Of a stretch of 64,000 nt of DNA, positions 20,951 to 31,193 are shown in pieces; position 1 is the first letter of the stretch; the number at the start of each line of letters is the position of its first letter. The stretch comes from an uncultured Pseudobdellovibrionaceae bacterium (GTDB lineage Bacteria; Bdellovibrionota; Bdellovibrionia; Bdellovibrionales; UBA1609). Made by a program: the position numbers and the translations under genes. The notes under the pieces are model-generated. The model saw nothing but the letters and a program-made list of their open reading frames with translations. It ran no database searches and had not been told where the DNA came from. The stretch is from NCBI GenBank assembly GCA_963803705.1, contig CAWDNU010000004.1, forward strand, positions 160,001-224,000, in the 5' to 3' direction.

Positions 20951-21868
20951 TTAACCTAAACGTAAAAATTGTGCCTTTAATGATTTGCCGTCTAGGCCTT
21001 CAACGCCAAAGCTTTCTGGATTTTCATCTTTAGATTTAAGAAAGGTACCAAAAATTTTATCCCAAATCGACAGCGCAACGCCAAAATTTTTATTAAAATG
21101 TTTCACCTGATTTGAGTGATGAATTTGGTGCTGCTTGGGGCTTATAAATATGTGCTCTAGAAATCCAAAGGATATGGGAAGAGCTGAATGCCTAAGGTTC
21201 CCAGTTGAAATATTGAACAGAAAACCTAAGGCGTTTACTCCTAACAAGGTCACGAACTCTACCTGACCAGAAAAAATAAACATAAATAGGCCCGCGCTGA
21301 CTCCAAAACTTAAGGAGTTTCTAAATGCTGACATTAGCGATTCTAAGGGATGTATTCTAAATAGCGTAATAGGAGTCAAAATTTCAGCTGAATGATGGGT
21401 TTTATGTAACTGCCACAAAAAGGAAATATTATGCATCCAGTAATGATGAAAAAATCTTAAAAAATCATCCCATAAAAAAGCAAAAACAGTTGCAAATAAA
21501 AACATTAGGCCATTGCCAGACACTGGGCTGTAGTCTGGCAGAATAAAAAACAGACTTCTAATCGTATACTTAGAAATATAAAAACTAGCTCCTAACACAG
21601 GCGCAAATAAAAATACTTTGATAAAGCCATTTATTAAATAAATTTTATAGTCTACCAGAGCAGAAGGATGAAGCCAGTAGGAATTAAAAGATGACTTTAA
21701 GTAGGTTCTTGAAAACAAAACTCTAATCTGCTTTTTTTGAAAAAACAGAAAAAAACCTAAGGTTACAACCATGGCCACAAGTAAGTTCATGAAATATAAT
21801 CTTGAACCAGGGTCAAACCAAGGCCAAAGCTCGATGTGCAAATCCTTAATTTTTGAACCAACATCCAT
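20951..21868 (-). CDS. Sterol desaturase/fatty acid hydroxylase family
   Basis: His boxes HHYWMH, HKTHHS, HQIHHS; NFG...WDKIFGT. Confidence 0.85.
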   Translation of the reverse strand: MDVGSKIKDLHIELWPWFDPGSRLYFMNLLVAMVVTLGFFLFFQKKQIRVLFSRTYLKSSFNSYWLHPSALVDYKIYLINGFIKVFLFAPVLGASFYISKYTIRSLFFILPDYSPVSGNGLMFLFATVFAFLWDDFLRFFHHYWMHNISFLWQLHKTHHSAEILTPITLFRIHPLESLMSAFRNSLSFGVSAGLFMFIFSGQVEFVTLLGVNALGFLFNISTGNLRHSALPISFGFLEHIFISPKQHQIHHSNQVKHFNKNFGVALSIWDKIFGTFLKSKDENPESFGVEGLDGKSLKAQFLRLG

Positions 21869-21990
21869 ACATCTTTAGATTTAGCCCTGTTGCCTTAAAT
21901 AGGCAATAAAAACAGCAATGCACCGGTTGCCCCTAAGCGTTTGGCTTTCAATTAGAACCTAAGGTTGTTATCAGAGGTTGTCCGCTTACA

Positions 21991-22611
21991 TTAAATTTTA
22001 GGTAGCTGGCATAGCTTAAATATAATTACTGAAAGCACTATTCCTAAAAGCGCGCTACTAAAGCTCTGGGAAATCCAGTGCGCACCTAAAAGAGTCCTTG
22101 ATAAAACAGCTAGTAAGATAATTAAAAAAGCTATAATTTGACTTATTACAATCGCTAGTTTGTTTCGATCATTTTGATTTTCGAACTTAAACAAGAACAT
22201 CCCATAGATACTTCCCATAACTAGGCAAAAATGCGATGGCCAACCGGTTTTTAATGAAAAAAAATCTACAAAAATTAGTTCTGAATCTGGACGACTTACA
22301 AAGATTATTGAAGACAATAGATAGACTATAGAGCTAGAAACAAAATAAGCTGAAATGCTTAGTAAAATTTTTGTCCGACCCCAGCGAATGTATGCCAAAA
22401 ATGAAGCTAGAAGTAAAATGACTGATAAAACTGGAAATTTTAACATCGATGAAAAAAATTTTGCCCGGTATATTTGGTCTTCAAAATTGATCTGTAAAAT
22501 TCTGGAAACCAATACGTCGATATAGTCATAATCCAATAAAATCAATTTTATAGATAACAGCAAAGAGATTATTAAAATAGCTTTTACCTTACCAGATAGT
22601 CTGAACGTCAT
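21991..22611 (-). CDS. PAP2-family membrane phosphatase
   Basis: SRP, degenerate PSH and SRTLLGAHW motifs; multiple TM segments. Confidence 0.65.
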   Translation of the reverse strand: MTFRLSGKVKAILIISLLLSIKLILLDYDYIDVLVSRILQINFEDQIYRAKFFSSMLKFPVLSVILLLASFLAYIRWGRTKILLSISAYFVSSSIVYLLSSIIFVSRPDSELIFVDFFSLKTGWPSHFCLVMGSIYGMFLFKFENQNDRNKLAIVISQIIAFLIILLAVLSRTLLGAHWISQSFSSALLGIVLSVIIFKLCQLPKI

Positions 22612-22629
22612 TTTAAAAGATTGCCCCGA

Positions 22630-24441
22630 TCAAGATATAGATTCTAAATCTTCTTGTAAAAGTTGTTCCAGTTGAGCGTTCATCTCTCTAGTTTTATTGA
22701 TCATAAGTTTCTCGTCGGCCCGCAAGTTATACTGAGCGTCTAGCAGAACTTCGTCGTGATTTTTAAATCTAGTTACAATCTCTTTAGCTCTGGACGCCGA
22801 AACACCAAGTTCATTTAAAAGATTTTCTGACATATCAAGCGACGAAGCTAGCAGCTCTCTACGAATGACCTGGACACCTGCTTTTCTTAAATCAAAAACG
22901 TGCTGACGATTTCGGGCTCTGGCAAAAATTTTCAAATGAGGAAAGTGAGATCTTAGAATCTGAGCCAAGTGAATCGAAACCTCTACGTCATCGATTGCAA
23001 TCAAAAATGCTTTTGCTTTGTCCACGCCAGCGACGTGCAATAGGTCTAAGCGAGTTGCATCACCGTAATGAATTTTGAAGCCAAACTTCAGGGCTGTCTG
23101 TACATTTTCAGGACTGTGCTCTAAAGTTGTAAATGGAACTTTCTGCATGGTTAATATTCGAGCTGCTATCTGACCGAAACGCCCATAACCTGCAATGATG
23201 ACTTTTGGATCATAGATATCAAACTCTGTGTTGTATGATTTGTCCTTATCAGTGCCTTCAACCCTTCTTATTTTTTCAAAAATAAAGAGCGCTAAAGGCG
23301 TTAGCACCATTGAAAATGTAATAATTAAAGTTAAAAGTTCAACAGTCTTTATATCTAATAACTGGCTAGCTTCTGCTAAACCAAAGATAACAAATCCAAA
23401 CTCGCCACCTTGACATAGCAACAACCCTACCATCTTCGAGCTAGTTCTGTTCATTTTCATGGATCGAGATAGCAGATAAAGCGTCGAAAACTTAATCCCT
23501 ACTAAAAAAAAAGTGATGCCAAAGATTGTAAAAGGTCTCTCTAAAAATGTAGACAGATTTATATTCATGCCAACGGCCATAAAAAATAAGCCCAGCAGTA
23601 AACCTTTGAAGGGTTCAATATCTGCTTCAAGCTCGTGACGATACTCGCTGTCTGCCAAAATAACGCCAGACAAAAAGGCCCCCAGGGCCATCGACAACCC
23701 AACGCTCTCCATTAATAACGAAACGCCGATGACTAAAAGTAGGCTTGCTGCGGTAAAAACGTCTTTGGCTTTAGCCTGTGCGATTAATCTTAAAAGATAT
23801 CCAAATAAAATCCTTCCAAAGAAAACAACGCCTAAAATGACTGCAATGGCTTGGGAAATGGGAACCAGATTTGATCCCATTTCCTTTAAGCCTGCAGAGG
23901 CAGCCATTAAAGGAACTAAAGCAATCAGTGGTATGGCGGCTAGATCTTGGAATAACAAAACAGAAAACGCACTTTGTCCATGTGGAGTCTGAAGTTCATT
24001 TCTCTCTTTCATTAGCTGAATCGCAAATGCTGTAGAAGACAGAGCCAAAGTTGCCCCTATAACTATGGATATTGAAAAAGATAAGGGGGCAATAATTGGT
24101 AATGCGTATAAACAGACGCCCAGTGCTAGGCCTGTTATCAAAACCTGTAAACTACCTAGTCCAAACACATCTCTTCTCATCGACCATAGCTTCGTTAGAT
24201 TTAGCTCTAGTCCAATTACGAACAGCAAAAACACTACGCCAATTTCGGCAAAGTGCATGATTGATTTTGTATCAGTGTAAAGCTTAAATCCAAAAGGACC
24301 GACAATGATCCCAGCGGTTAAATAGCCCAGTACTGAACCTAATCCAATTCTTTTGAAAAAAGGCACCGCTATACATGTGGCAGCCAGAAAAAAAACAGTA
24401 GAGACCAAAATATCGTGGACACTGAAAGGTGACTCTACCAT
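22630..24441 (-). CDS. kefC: CPA2 K+ efflux antiporter (KefB/KefC type) with KTN domain
   Basis: AEIGVVFLLFVIGLEL, LSSTA, LLFQD, YRHELEADIEPFKGLLLGLFF, QGGEFGFV, IAGYGRFGQ, YGDATRLDLL. Confidence 0.88.
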   Translation of the reverse strand: MVESPFSVHDILVSTVFFLAATCIAVPFFKRIGLGSVLGYLTAGIIVGPFGFKLYTDTKSIMHFAEIGVVFLLFVIGLELNLTKLWSMRRDVFGLGSLQVLITGLALGVCLYALPIIAPLSFSISIVIGATLALSSTAFAIQLMKERNELQTPHGQSAFSVLLFQDLAAIPLIALVPLMAASAGLKEMGSNLVPISQAIAVILGVVFFGRILFGYLLRLIAQAKAKDVFTAASLLLVIGVSLLMESVGLSMALGAFLSGVILADSEYRHELEADIEPFKGLLLGLFFMAVGMNINLSTFLERPFTIFGITFFLVGIKFSTLYLLSRSMKMNRTSSKMVGLLLCQGGEFGFVIFGLAEASQLLDIKTVELLTLIITFSMVLTPLALFIFEKIRRVEGTDKDKSYNTEFDIYDPKVIIAGYGRFGQIAARILTMQKVPFTTLEHSPENVQTALKFGFKIHYGDATRLDLLHVAGVDKAKAFLIAIDDVEVSIHLAQILRSHFPHLKIFARARNRQHVFDLRKAGVQVIRRELLASSLDMSENLLNELGVSASRAKEIVTRFKNHDEVLLDAQYNLRADEKLMINKTREMNAQLEQLLQEDLESIS

Positions 24442-24461
24442 TTATAACTCCAAATATACTT

Positions 24462-24586
24462 GGGCCTGTTGAAAAAGCATCATCTTCGTTGTTGCCTTCG
24501 CTTAAATCTCATTCGACGTAGATAAACTACGACTCATTCGATTTTAAGCTTGGACGCCTAGAATCTAATACTTTTTCAACAGGCCC
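24462..24586. mobile_element. MITE (non-autonomous IS derivative), 125 bp
   Basis: Perfect 16-bp terminal inverted repeats GGGCCTGTTGAAAAAG/CTTTTTCAACAGGCCC, flanked by a direct repeat ACTT (24458-24461, 24587-24590); no transposase. Confidence 0.8.
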
Positions 24587-24666
24587 ACTTGCTTGCAGCT
24601 AGCTTAACACGAACAATTGTATTTGATAAAAGCATATTGTAGATACGCAGTGCAATTATAAGTTTA

Positions 24667-25161
24667 TTACTTTTTCTGGTTGGCCAACCCTCTACCTAAA
24701 TTACACCAGTTTTGTCTAAACTTAGTTTTGCCATAATATACGTAAGCAAGATTGTTTTTAAGTAAAATTGTCTTAAGATCTTTACCATCAAACTTTATGT
24801 CAGCTAAGATTCTAAAATACTTGTCTCTTTTGACATTTTCTAAATCAATGCGTTTAGCACTCTTCAATAAATTTGAAACAAGATTTTTTGCTACCCTGGC
24901 CTGCTTTTTTTCGCACTTATTTTTAGTTCTGATCTCTGGTGTATCTACACCAAAAAGTCTTACATTAATTTTCTGACCGAAAAGAGGGTGGATTCTATCG
25001 ATGTCAAAAGTTATTGTGTCCCCGTCGTAGTTTCTCAAATACGTTACACACTTAAAGCTGCTTAGATCATGGATGCATGAACGACTGAGATTTATATCGC
25101 TCACCAAATTTGAAGCCCACATGGGTTTCAGTAACACAATTGCAAGAAGCAAAATTTTCAT
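24667..25161 (-). CDS. Thermonuclease (SNase-like), secreted
   Basis: YDGDT, VRLFGVDTPE, RDKYFRILA; N-terminal signal peptide. Confidence 0.88.
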   Translation of the reverse strand: MKILLLAIVLLKPMWASNLVSDINLSRSCIHDLSSFKCVTYLRNYDGDTITFDIDRIHPLFGQKINVRLFGVDTPEIRTKNKCEKKQARVAKNLVSNLLKSAKRIDLENVKRDKYFRILADIKFDGKDLKTILLKNNLAYVYYGKTKFRQNWCNLGRGLANQKK

Positions 25162-25202
25162 ACTTAATATGCTGACATTAAATCAAATAATTTAAAACTA
25201 TT

Positions 25203-25679
25203 TTATAAATTTAAGAGAATTATTAACCAAATAAAAGCTATGCAGGCTAAACCGGTGGCGTAAAATACAAATCGATACAGGACATGGTTTGAACCTAAGT
25301 GAATATAAGAGTGAATAAGTCTAGATGCCAAAAAAGCCCAAGCGGCTAATAAAGCTTCGAAACTGTTTAAGTTGAAAAACACTAAAATGCTACAACTAAC
25401 TAAAAATAAGATTGGAAGTTGGAACAAGTTATCAAAGTGACGCCCAACCCTAATAATATACTCGGGTGGAGCATATTGGGGTTCAAAAGCCTTAAAATAT
25501 TTAAGCGAAGTTTGTTTGTCTTGAACAGATTTTTTACGCACTAAGAAGGTAAAAAAGCCCATAATAGAAATATAAAAGACGGTGGCTGCCATTATGTGAA
25601 TAATTATCATATCAGCATTATAAGCTTCAAACAGTTTTCTTGGACAGCTAAAGTTGAACCTGGGTGATAATTTAGGCAT
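25203..25679 (-). CDS. MAPEG family membrane protein; start may be about 25610
   Basis: NLFQLPILF, AWAFLASRLIHSYIH...N...R pattern. Confidence 0.75.
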   Translation of the reverse strand: MPKLSPRFNFSCPRKLFEAYNADMIIIHIMAATVFYISIMGFFTFLVRKKSVQDKQTSLKYFKAFEPQYAPPEYIIRVGRHFDNLFQLPILFLVSCSILVFFNLNSFEALLAAWAFLASRLIHSYIHLGSNHVLYRFVFYATGLACIAFIWLIILLNL

Positions 25680-25856
25680 AAAAACTGTTTTAGAATTGAA
25701 GCAACTTTAACATTTTTTGGCGCAGATGTAGCAATTACTTATGAAACCGAAACAATTTCTGAAAATGGTGCGGAAAAGACAGTTATGGGCATCACTTTCG
25801 ATGATGAGTCACCGGCTTATACCAAATTACCTTGTAAAATAAATAATATTTAGACT

Positions 25857-26168
25857 TCAAATAATATTAACTAGGCGTTTGTAGTCAGCAACGTTTATTA
25901 AGGTTACTGACTCGCTATTAGGATCAAAGACAATCAAAATCTTTTCAGCTTTTATTTGTTTTAAAATCTTAGATCTTTTCTGTTCGGTCGAAAATTCTAT
26001 CAATCCATAGTCAGTGCCTTCACGAAGCACAAAATCATCTGCTATAGAATGTAAGATTTCTTCGGATATCAGACTCTGCTCGATGACAATGGGTGGTTTC
26101 ACACCATCACTTTCTAAGATTTCTAGATCAACGGTTCTGTCACTGTTCATATTAAAAAGGTACCTCAA
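25857..26168 (-). CDS. YheU/UPF0270 family protein
   Basis: FVLREGTDYG signature and C-terminal IVFD...ESV. Confidence 0.8.
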   Translation of the reverse strand: MRYLFNMNSDRTVDLEILESDGVKPPIVIEQSLISEEILHSIADDFVLREGTDYGLIEFSTEQKRSKILKQIKAEKILIVFDPNSESVTLINVADYKRLVNII

Positions 26169-26194
26169 TTTGAAAAACTTAACAAAGATTTAGA

Positions 26195-27514
26195 TTAGGT
26201 CGTGTCTGTCTTTTGCTGGGAAGACTGACCAGAAATTGGTATTTTTTCCCCTGAATAAAACTTCCAGGTTTTATGTATTATTAGGCGTGATCCGCTGCCA
26301 AATCGAAAATAAGACCAAGTCCACTGCATAAGTACAAACATTTTATTTCTAAACTGTATTAAAAATGCAATATGTACGAAGGCCCACATCACCCAGGCCA
26401 CAAAACCCGAAATTTGTATTGGTCCCGAGCTTACAACTGCTCTGGCTCGACCAATGGTTGCCATTATACCCTTATCGTTATATTTGAATTTGCCCCTAGA
26501 TTTTGCTTTTAGATCATTTAAGATAGCTCTTGCGACAAATCGACCTTGTTGCATTGCCACAGGGGCTAATGATGGCAAATACTTTGGTTTGCCATCTAAA
26601 GATTCGTCGAAAGCCGCCAAATCGCCAATTGCAAAAACATTCAAGTGAGCTCGCAAACTTAAATCTTGATTTACTAGCACCCTACCATCTTTGATTTTTT
26701 CAACCTGTAAGCTTTCAGATATTTTAGAGGGCTTTACACCGGCTGCCCAAATGATAGTTTTAGCATCAAGCCATTCGCCGCCAACGCTTAAGCCGTCATA
26801 ACTAAGTTTGCTAGCCATTTTGTTTAACACAACCTGCACTCCTAGCTGTTCCAGGTCCTTTTTCGCTCTTAAAGATAGTTTTTCTGGAAAGGCTGATAAA
26901 ACTCTGGGACCAGATTCTATCAAAAAAACCTTAGTGTTCTTTAAGTTTGCATTCTTATAGTCTTTATAAAGTGTGGAACGGGTCATTTCTGCAATGGCCC
27001 CGGCAAGTTCTACTCCGGTTGGTCCACCGCCAACTATGGCAAATGTTAAAAGCTTTTGCTGCTTAGTCGGATCAGTCTCGTTTTCAGCACGTTCAAGAGC
27101 TAGTAAAACTCGTCGTCTGATCTCTGTGGCTTGCTCTATTGTTTTTAAACCAGGAGCAATGCTTTCCCACTCGTTATTGCCAAAGTAAAAGTGCTTGCTG
27201 CCAGTTGCTAAAATAAGATAATCATAGCTTAAGCTTGCCTTATTCATAAGAATCTTTTTTGCCTGTAAATCTATTGTCTCTATTTCAGCCATCAAAGTCT
27301 TTACATTTTTTGACCTTGAAAACAGTCGACGAAGTGGAGTTGCGATGTCCGAAGGATTAAGGCCTGCCATTGCCACTTGGTAAAGTAGAGGTTGAAATAG
27401 ATGATGATTTCTTCGGTCTATCAAAATTACATCAAGATTCTTTCTATTCGAAAGCTTTAAGGCGGCTGAGACACCACCAAAGCCGCCCCCAATAATAATT
27501 ACTTTTTTGTTCAT
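26195..27514 (-). CDS. ndh: Type II NADH dehydrogenase
   Basis: GGGFGG, HLFQPLLYQVA, VGGGPTGVELAG, WAAGV, AIGD, APVAMQQG. Confidence 0.9.
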   Translation of the reverse strand: MNKKVIIIGGGFGGVSAALKLSNRKNLDVILIDRRNHHLFQPLLYQVAMAGLNPSDIATPLRRLFSRSKNVKTLMAEIETIDLQAKKILMNKASLSYDYLILATGSKHFYFGNNEWESIAPGLKTIEQATEIRRRVLLALERAENETDPTKQQKLLTFAIVGGGPTGVELAGAIAEMTRSTLYKDYKNANLKNTKVFLIESGPRVLSAFPEKLSLRAKKDLEQLGVQVVLNKMASKLSYDGLSVGGEWLDAKTIIWAAGVKPSKISESLQVEKIKDGRVLVNQDLSLRAHLNVFAIGDLAAFDESLDGKPKYLPSLAPVAMQQGRFVARAILNDLKAKSRGKFKYNDKGIMATIGRARAVVSSGPIQISGFVAWVMWAFVHIAFLIQFRNKMFVLMQWTWSYFRFGSGSRLIIHKTWKFYSGEKIPISGQSSQQKTDTT

Positions 27515-27529
27515 GAAATTCCTTAAAAA

Positions 27530-29044
27530 TTAAAAAATTTTTCGTTCTTGATCTGGAAACTTTTTATGTTTTCGACTTCCATGTTTCAAGTATACTTTTT
27601 TTGCTTCGCTAATAACTGACTCTTTTTTTCTCCACATATAAATCGTTTGCTTTGCATTATCATAGGCAACCTTAGAGTCTACTATGGGATTTGGGTAGCT
27701 TTTACCAAGTTCGACGTTCATCATCTTTAAAATCATTGGTGGTGTATCAGAAATATTTGCTAAGTGTTTAACATCAAGGGACTGTAGCTCAGGGCAGTGT
27801 TGCCGGATAAAAGTCCCATTAGGATCTCGATCTATGGTCTGCTTCGCCGGCGAATAGATTCTGATGCTATTTATTCCTGTGACGCCGGACTGCATTTGTA
27901 ACTGGCTAAAGTGTATTCCAGGTTCAAAATCGATAAAATGCTGAGCCAGGTGAGATGAAATTTTTTTCCAATCTAGCCAAAGCTGAAAGGTGGCAAAACT
28001 TACCAACATGGCTCTCATTCTAAAGTTTATCCATCCATTTTTAATAAGCGCTCTCATGCAGGCGTCGACAATTGGAAACCCGGTTTCACCTTTTTTCCAA
28101 GCTTCAAAAAAATTTTTATTGAAAGTCTCTTCTCGCATGCCGTCGAAAGCACGATTGATATTTTGGAATTCAATTTCTGGCTCTGACTCTAGTTTTTGAA
28201 TAAAATGGCAATGCCACCACAACCTACTTTCAAAAGCTAGAAGTGATCTGTACCAGGCTTTGCTTTGCTGCTCCCCTTTTAAGGATAAGGTTTTTTTTTG
28301 TGCTAAAATAGAATGGTGTATTTCAGTTATTGAGATATTTCCCCAAGTGATATATGGACTTAACCGACTGCATGATTTAAAAGCTGTGTTTGGACTAGAA
28401 AGTTCTTTGTAGTAGCACTGCCCTCTGGTGCTAAAAAATGATCCTAAAACTTTTGTGGCCTGGCCAGATCCACCTAAAGATAATAAATTGTTTCTGTGAA
28501 CTTTATCTATCGAAAGCAAATTAAATTCGTAGCTTTCAACATTTTCAATTTTTTGCTGAGGCGGGTTTGGAATCAAAGGCCGTTCAATAATTTTTGACCT
28601 AAACTTGTTCCATAGGTCTCTGTTTTTTAAGCCTCTAACTACTGCAAATTGCTTGTACTCGAACCAGTTTACGCTGTTTTCTTGCACCCAAGTCTTGACC
28701 TGAAGATCCCTTTGGTAGGTCCAGTTCAATCCTGTTTCTTCATGACTGTAAATATTCTTAAAATTATATTTTACGTTTAAGTCAGTTAAAACTTCATTCG
28801 CTGAACCTTGTTTGACTATCAAAGGTACACCGAGTTTTTGCAGGTCAATTTGCAATTTGATAAGAGCATCTTTTAAAAATTGTTTGTGAATGCAAGAGCC
28901 TTCTGGCATTTCAAGCCACCGATTTTCAATAATAAAAACAGCTAGACTTAAGCCACTATTCAAAGCTTCATAAAGAGGCCTATGATCTGTGGTCCGCAGA
29001 TCTTTTTTGAACCAGACTAAATTTTTGAAATTTTGTTTTTTCAT
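27530..29044 (-). CDS. Cryptochrome/DNA photolyase family protein
   Basis: WFKKDLRTTDH, CSRLSPYITWG, WHCHFIQKLE, GETGFPIVDACMR, GWINFRMRAML, DFEPGIH. Confidence 0.88.
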   Translation of the reverse strand: MKKQNFKNLVWFKKDLRTTDHRPLYEALNSGLSLAVFIIENRWLEMPEGSCIHKQFLKDALIKLQIDLQKLGVPLIVKQGSANEVLTDLNVKYNFKNIYSHEETGLNWTYQRDLQVKTWVQENSVNWFEYKQFAVVRGLKNRDLWNKFRSKIIERPLIPNPPQQKIENVESYEFNLLSIDKVHRNNLLSLGGSGQATKVLGSFFSTRGQCYYKELSSPNTAFKSCSRLSPYITWGNISITEIHHSILAQKKTLSLKGEQQSKAWYRSLLAFESRLWWHCHFIQKLESEPEIEFQNINRAFDGMREETFNKNFFEAWKKGETGFPIVDACMRALIKNGWINFRMRAMLVSFATFQLWLDWKKISSHLAQHFIDFEPGIHFSQLQMQSGVTGINSIRIYSPAKQTIDRDPNGTFIRQHCPELQSLDVKHLANISDTPPMILKMMNVELGKSYPNPIVDSKVAYDNAKQTIYMWRKKESVISEAKKVYLKHGSRKHKKFPDQERKIF

Positions 29045-29203
29045 CTTTTTTCAATCTAGTTGATTTTGTTTGAAAGGTACAATTGATGTCAGAATTTACT
29101 TAGAATTGCTGACTTTTCTGCCATTCGTTATCATAAACTTAAGTGAATGCTATTATTCTAATAACTAGCTTGCTACAATCATCTAAAGGAAAGCACAAAA
29201 AAA

Positions 29204-30097
29204 ATGGGACACGATCACTCACACGTTATGAACACGCGAGCACTTCTTTGGGCTATCTTAATCAACGTTTTTTTAACCATTGTCCAAGTGATAGCTGGTA
29301 TTCTTTCTGGAAGTCTATCTTTATTAGCGGACGCCCTTCACAATTTTAGTGACGCCGGATCGCTGATCGTAGCGTTTATCGCGCAAAAGGTGTCTGGACT
29401 TCCACCGAACAAAGGCATGAATTTTGGTTATGGACGTGCACAGATTCTAGGGGCGCTGATAAATAGTATAACATTGGTTTTTGTGGGCTTGTACCTGATT
29501 TATGAAACCTGGGTGCGTTTTCAAAACCCTGCCAGTGTCAACGGGTGGATGGTTATCTGGGTAGCGAGCGCTGCTCTTGTTATCGATCTAGCAACGGCTT
29601 GGCTAACCCATTCAGGGTCTAAAGATAATATAAACATGCGAGCAGCGTTTATACATAACTTGTCTGACGCTATGGCATCTATTGTTGTTATTATTTCTGG
29701 TGTTGTAATCATAAATTATAAAATTTATTGGGTAGATTTAGTAGCTACATTGTTGATTTCTTTTTACATACTTTATCAATCAGTGGGTCTGATTAAAAGC
29801 TGCATTAGAATATTGATGCAAGCCGTGCCGGAAGATTTAGATCACTCTGAAATTGTGTTAGAGCTAAAAAAAATTACAAATGTAAATGATGTTCACCACA
29901 TTCATATTTGGACTTTATTTGATAATTTAAGATCTTTTGAAGCCCATATAAAGCTTAGCACCAATGACTTTTCTGATTCAGAAGAGGCAAAGAAAAAAAT
30001 TAGAAAAGTTCTTAAAAATCAATTTAAAATAAGTCACTCAACTTTGGAACTAGAGTTTAGATCAGAGGTCTGCCATCAAGATGATCCAAATTTGTAG
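29204..30097 (+). CDS. Cation diffusion facilitator (CzcD/ZitB-like Zn/Co/Cd exporter)
   Basis: His-rich N-terminus, SLSLLADALHNFSD, HNLSD, VHHIHIW. Confidence 0.88.
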   Translation: MGHDHSHVMNTRALLWAILINVFLTIVQVIAGILSGSLSLLADALHNFSDAGSLIVAFIAQKVSGLPPNKGMNFGYGRAQILGALINSITLVFVGLYLIYETWVRFQNPASVNGWMVIWVASAALVIDLATAWLTHSGSKDNINMRAAFIHNLSDAMASIVVIISGVVIINYKIYWVDLVATLLISFYILYQSVGLIKSCIRILMQAVPEDLDHSEIVLELKKITNVNDVHHIHIWTLFDNLRSFEAHIKLSTNDFSDSEEAKKKIRKVLKNQFKISHSTLELEFRSEVCHQDDPNL

Positions 30098-30371
30098 TCT
30101 TGTATTTAAAGACGCATGAATGGTGGCGCATATCTAAAAAGCCAAATGAAATCGGCACTTGAGGCCACATACTTGACAGGATTTATATTGCGAAAGCAAA
30201 TCTTGTAAGTTGCGACCTTTGCGCCGACAACCCTTTGCTAATTTGAGATAATAACTCTTGGTCGCAACATTTTACAAACGTTTTACCTGTACTTTCTCTG
30301 AATTGTTACATTAGCTAATTTTATTTTGTCTTTTGGATCAAAATTAGCAGTAAGAAATCCGATAATTACTT

Positions 30372-31193
30372 ATGGAATATAAAATAAATTGCAAAAAACA
30401 AGACGGCTTCACAATAGTCAGTGTAGCGGTGGCTGCAAGCATTGCTTCTGTCATAGCCTTAGCTATTTCAACTTTGATAGTATCACAAGCAAGTTCGGTC
30501 TCTTATCTTGAAGATAGGCTGTCCAGAGTGGCCTTGGATAATGAATTACAGCTCAATTTTTCTTACCCTCAGACCTGTATCAATTCGCTAAGGGGAAAAC
30601 CAATTGCTGCCACACAAAATATCACAAACTTAAAAGATAAGAATGCGAACGAGTTTATCAGCACTTCACCTGCAAGTGCTTTATCATCTTTTGATATGAT
30701 AAGAATTAGTTCGATAAAGCTTGTAAACGATAACGCTACAAACGCACCTAACTCAACAGGTAATATGAATCTTTTGGTAAATATCGAAAGGCAAAGAAGC
30801 AGTGGTCCTAAAGAATTAAGCCCCAAAGAACTTAAGCTTACTGTAACCACAGATGCTAGCGGCAACATTGATACTTGTAGTTTACAGTCTGGAAGTTCGG
30901 GAAGCGAATTTGAAAAAGCTTGTGGAATGTCACCTACAGGAACTTTAAAGAACAACTGTAGCGGTCGAGCCGCTAGTGGAAGAGCGAGTAGCAGTGTTTG
31001 CCACGTTGTAGCATCAAGTGAAACCAATTTTTTACACGGAGACATATTTTCAAAACGCACGGCTTCAGGCAGAGAGAGCGGTGGGGACACTTGGGCTGAA
31101 ACATCCTATTGGAAGTGCGTAAATGGTTCTTGGGTTTATGACGGCACTTCTGGGACAGCTTACGGTGGAAGAAATAACCGATTATTACAATAG
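30372..31193 (+). CDS. Prepilin-like (type IV pilin/pseudopilin) protein with a Cys-containing C-terminal domain
   Basis: Class III signal KKQDG|FTIVSV followed by a hydrophobic helix; Ser instead of Glu at +5. Confidence 0.65.
   Translation: MEYKINCKKQDGFTIVSVAVAASIASVIALAISTLIVSQASSVSYLEDRLSRVALDNELQLNFSYPQTCINSLRGKPIAATQNITNLKDKNANEFISTSPASALSSFDMIRISSIKLVNDNATNAPNSTGNMNLLVNIERQRSSGPKELSPKELKLTVTTDASGNIDTCSLQSGSSGSEFEKACGMSPTGTLKNNCSGRAASGRASSSVCHVVASSETNFLHGDIFSKRTASGRESGGDTWAETSYWKCVNGSWVYDGTSGTAYGGRNNRLLQ

Noticed and set aside
24667..25161. Thermonuclease as part of a defence or toxin system
   Set aside because: It has a signal peptide, stands alone and has no adjacent immunity, ATPase or methylase gene.
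30121..30130. TGGTGG at 30121 as an att-site copy of the tRNA-Ala 3' end
   Set aside because: Only 6 bp match and there is no integrase.
30569..31090. Long antisense ORFs (also 35926-36483, 61215-61748, 37415-37651 and many ORFs under 115 aa)
   Set aside because: They overlap well-supported genes on the opposite strand or in another frame and show no recognisable motifs.
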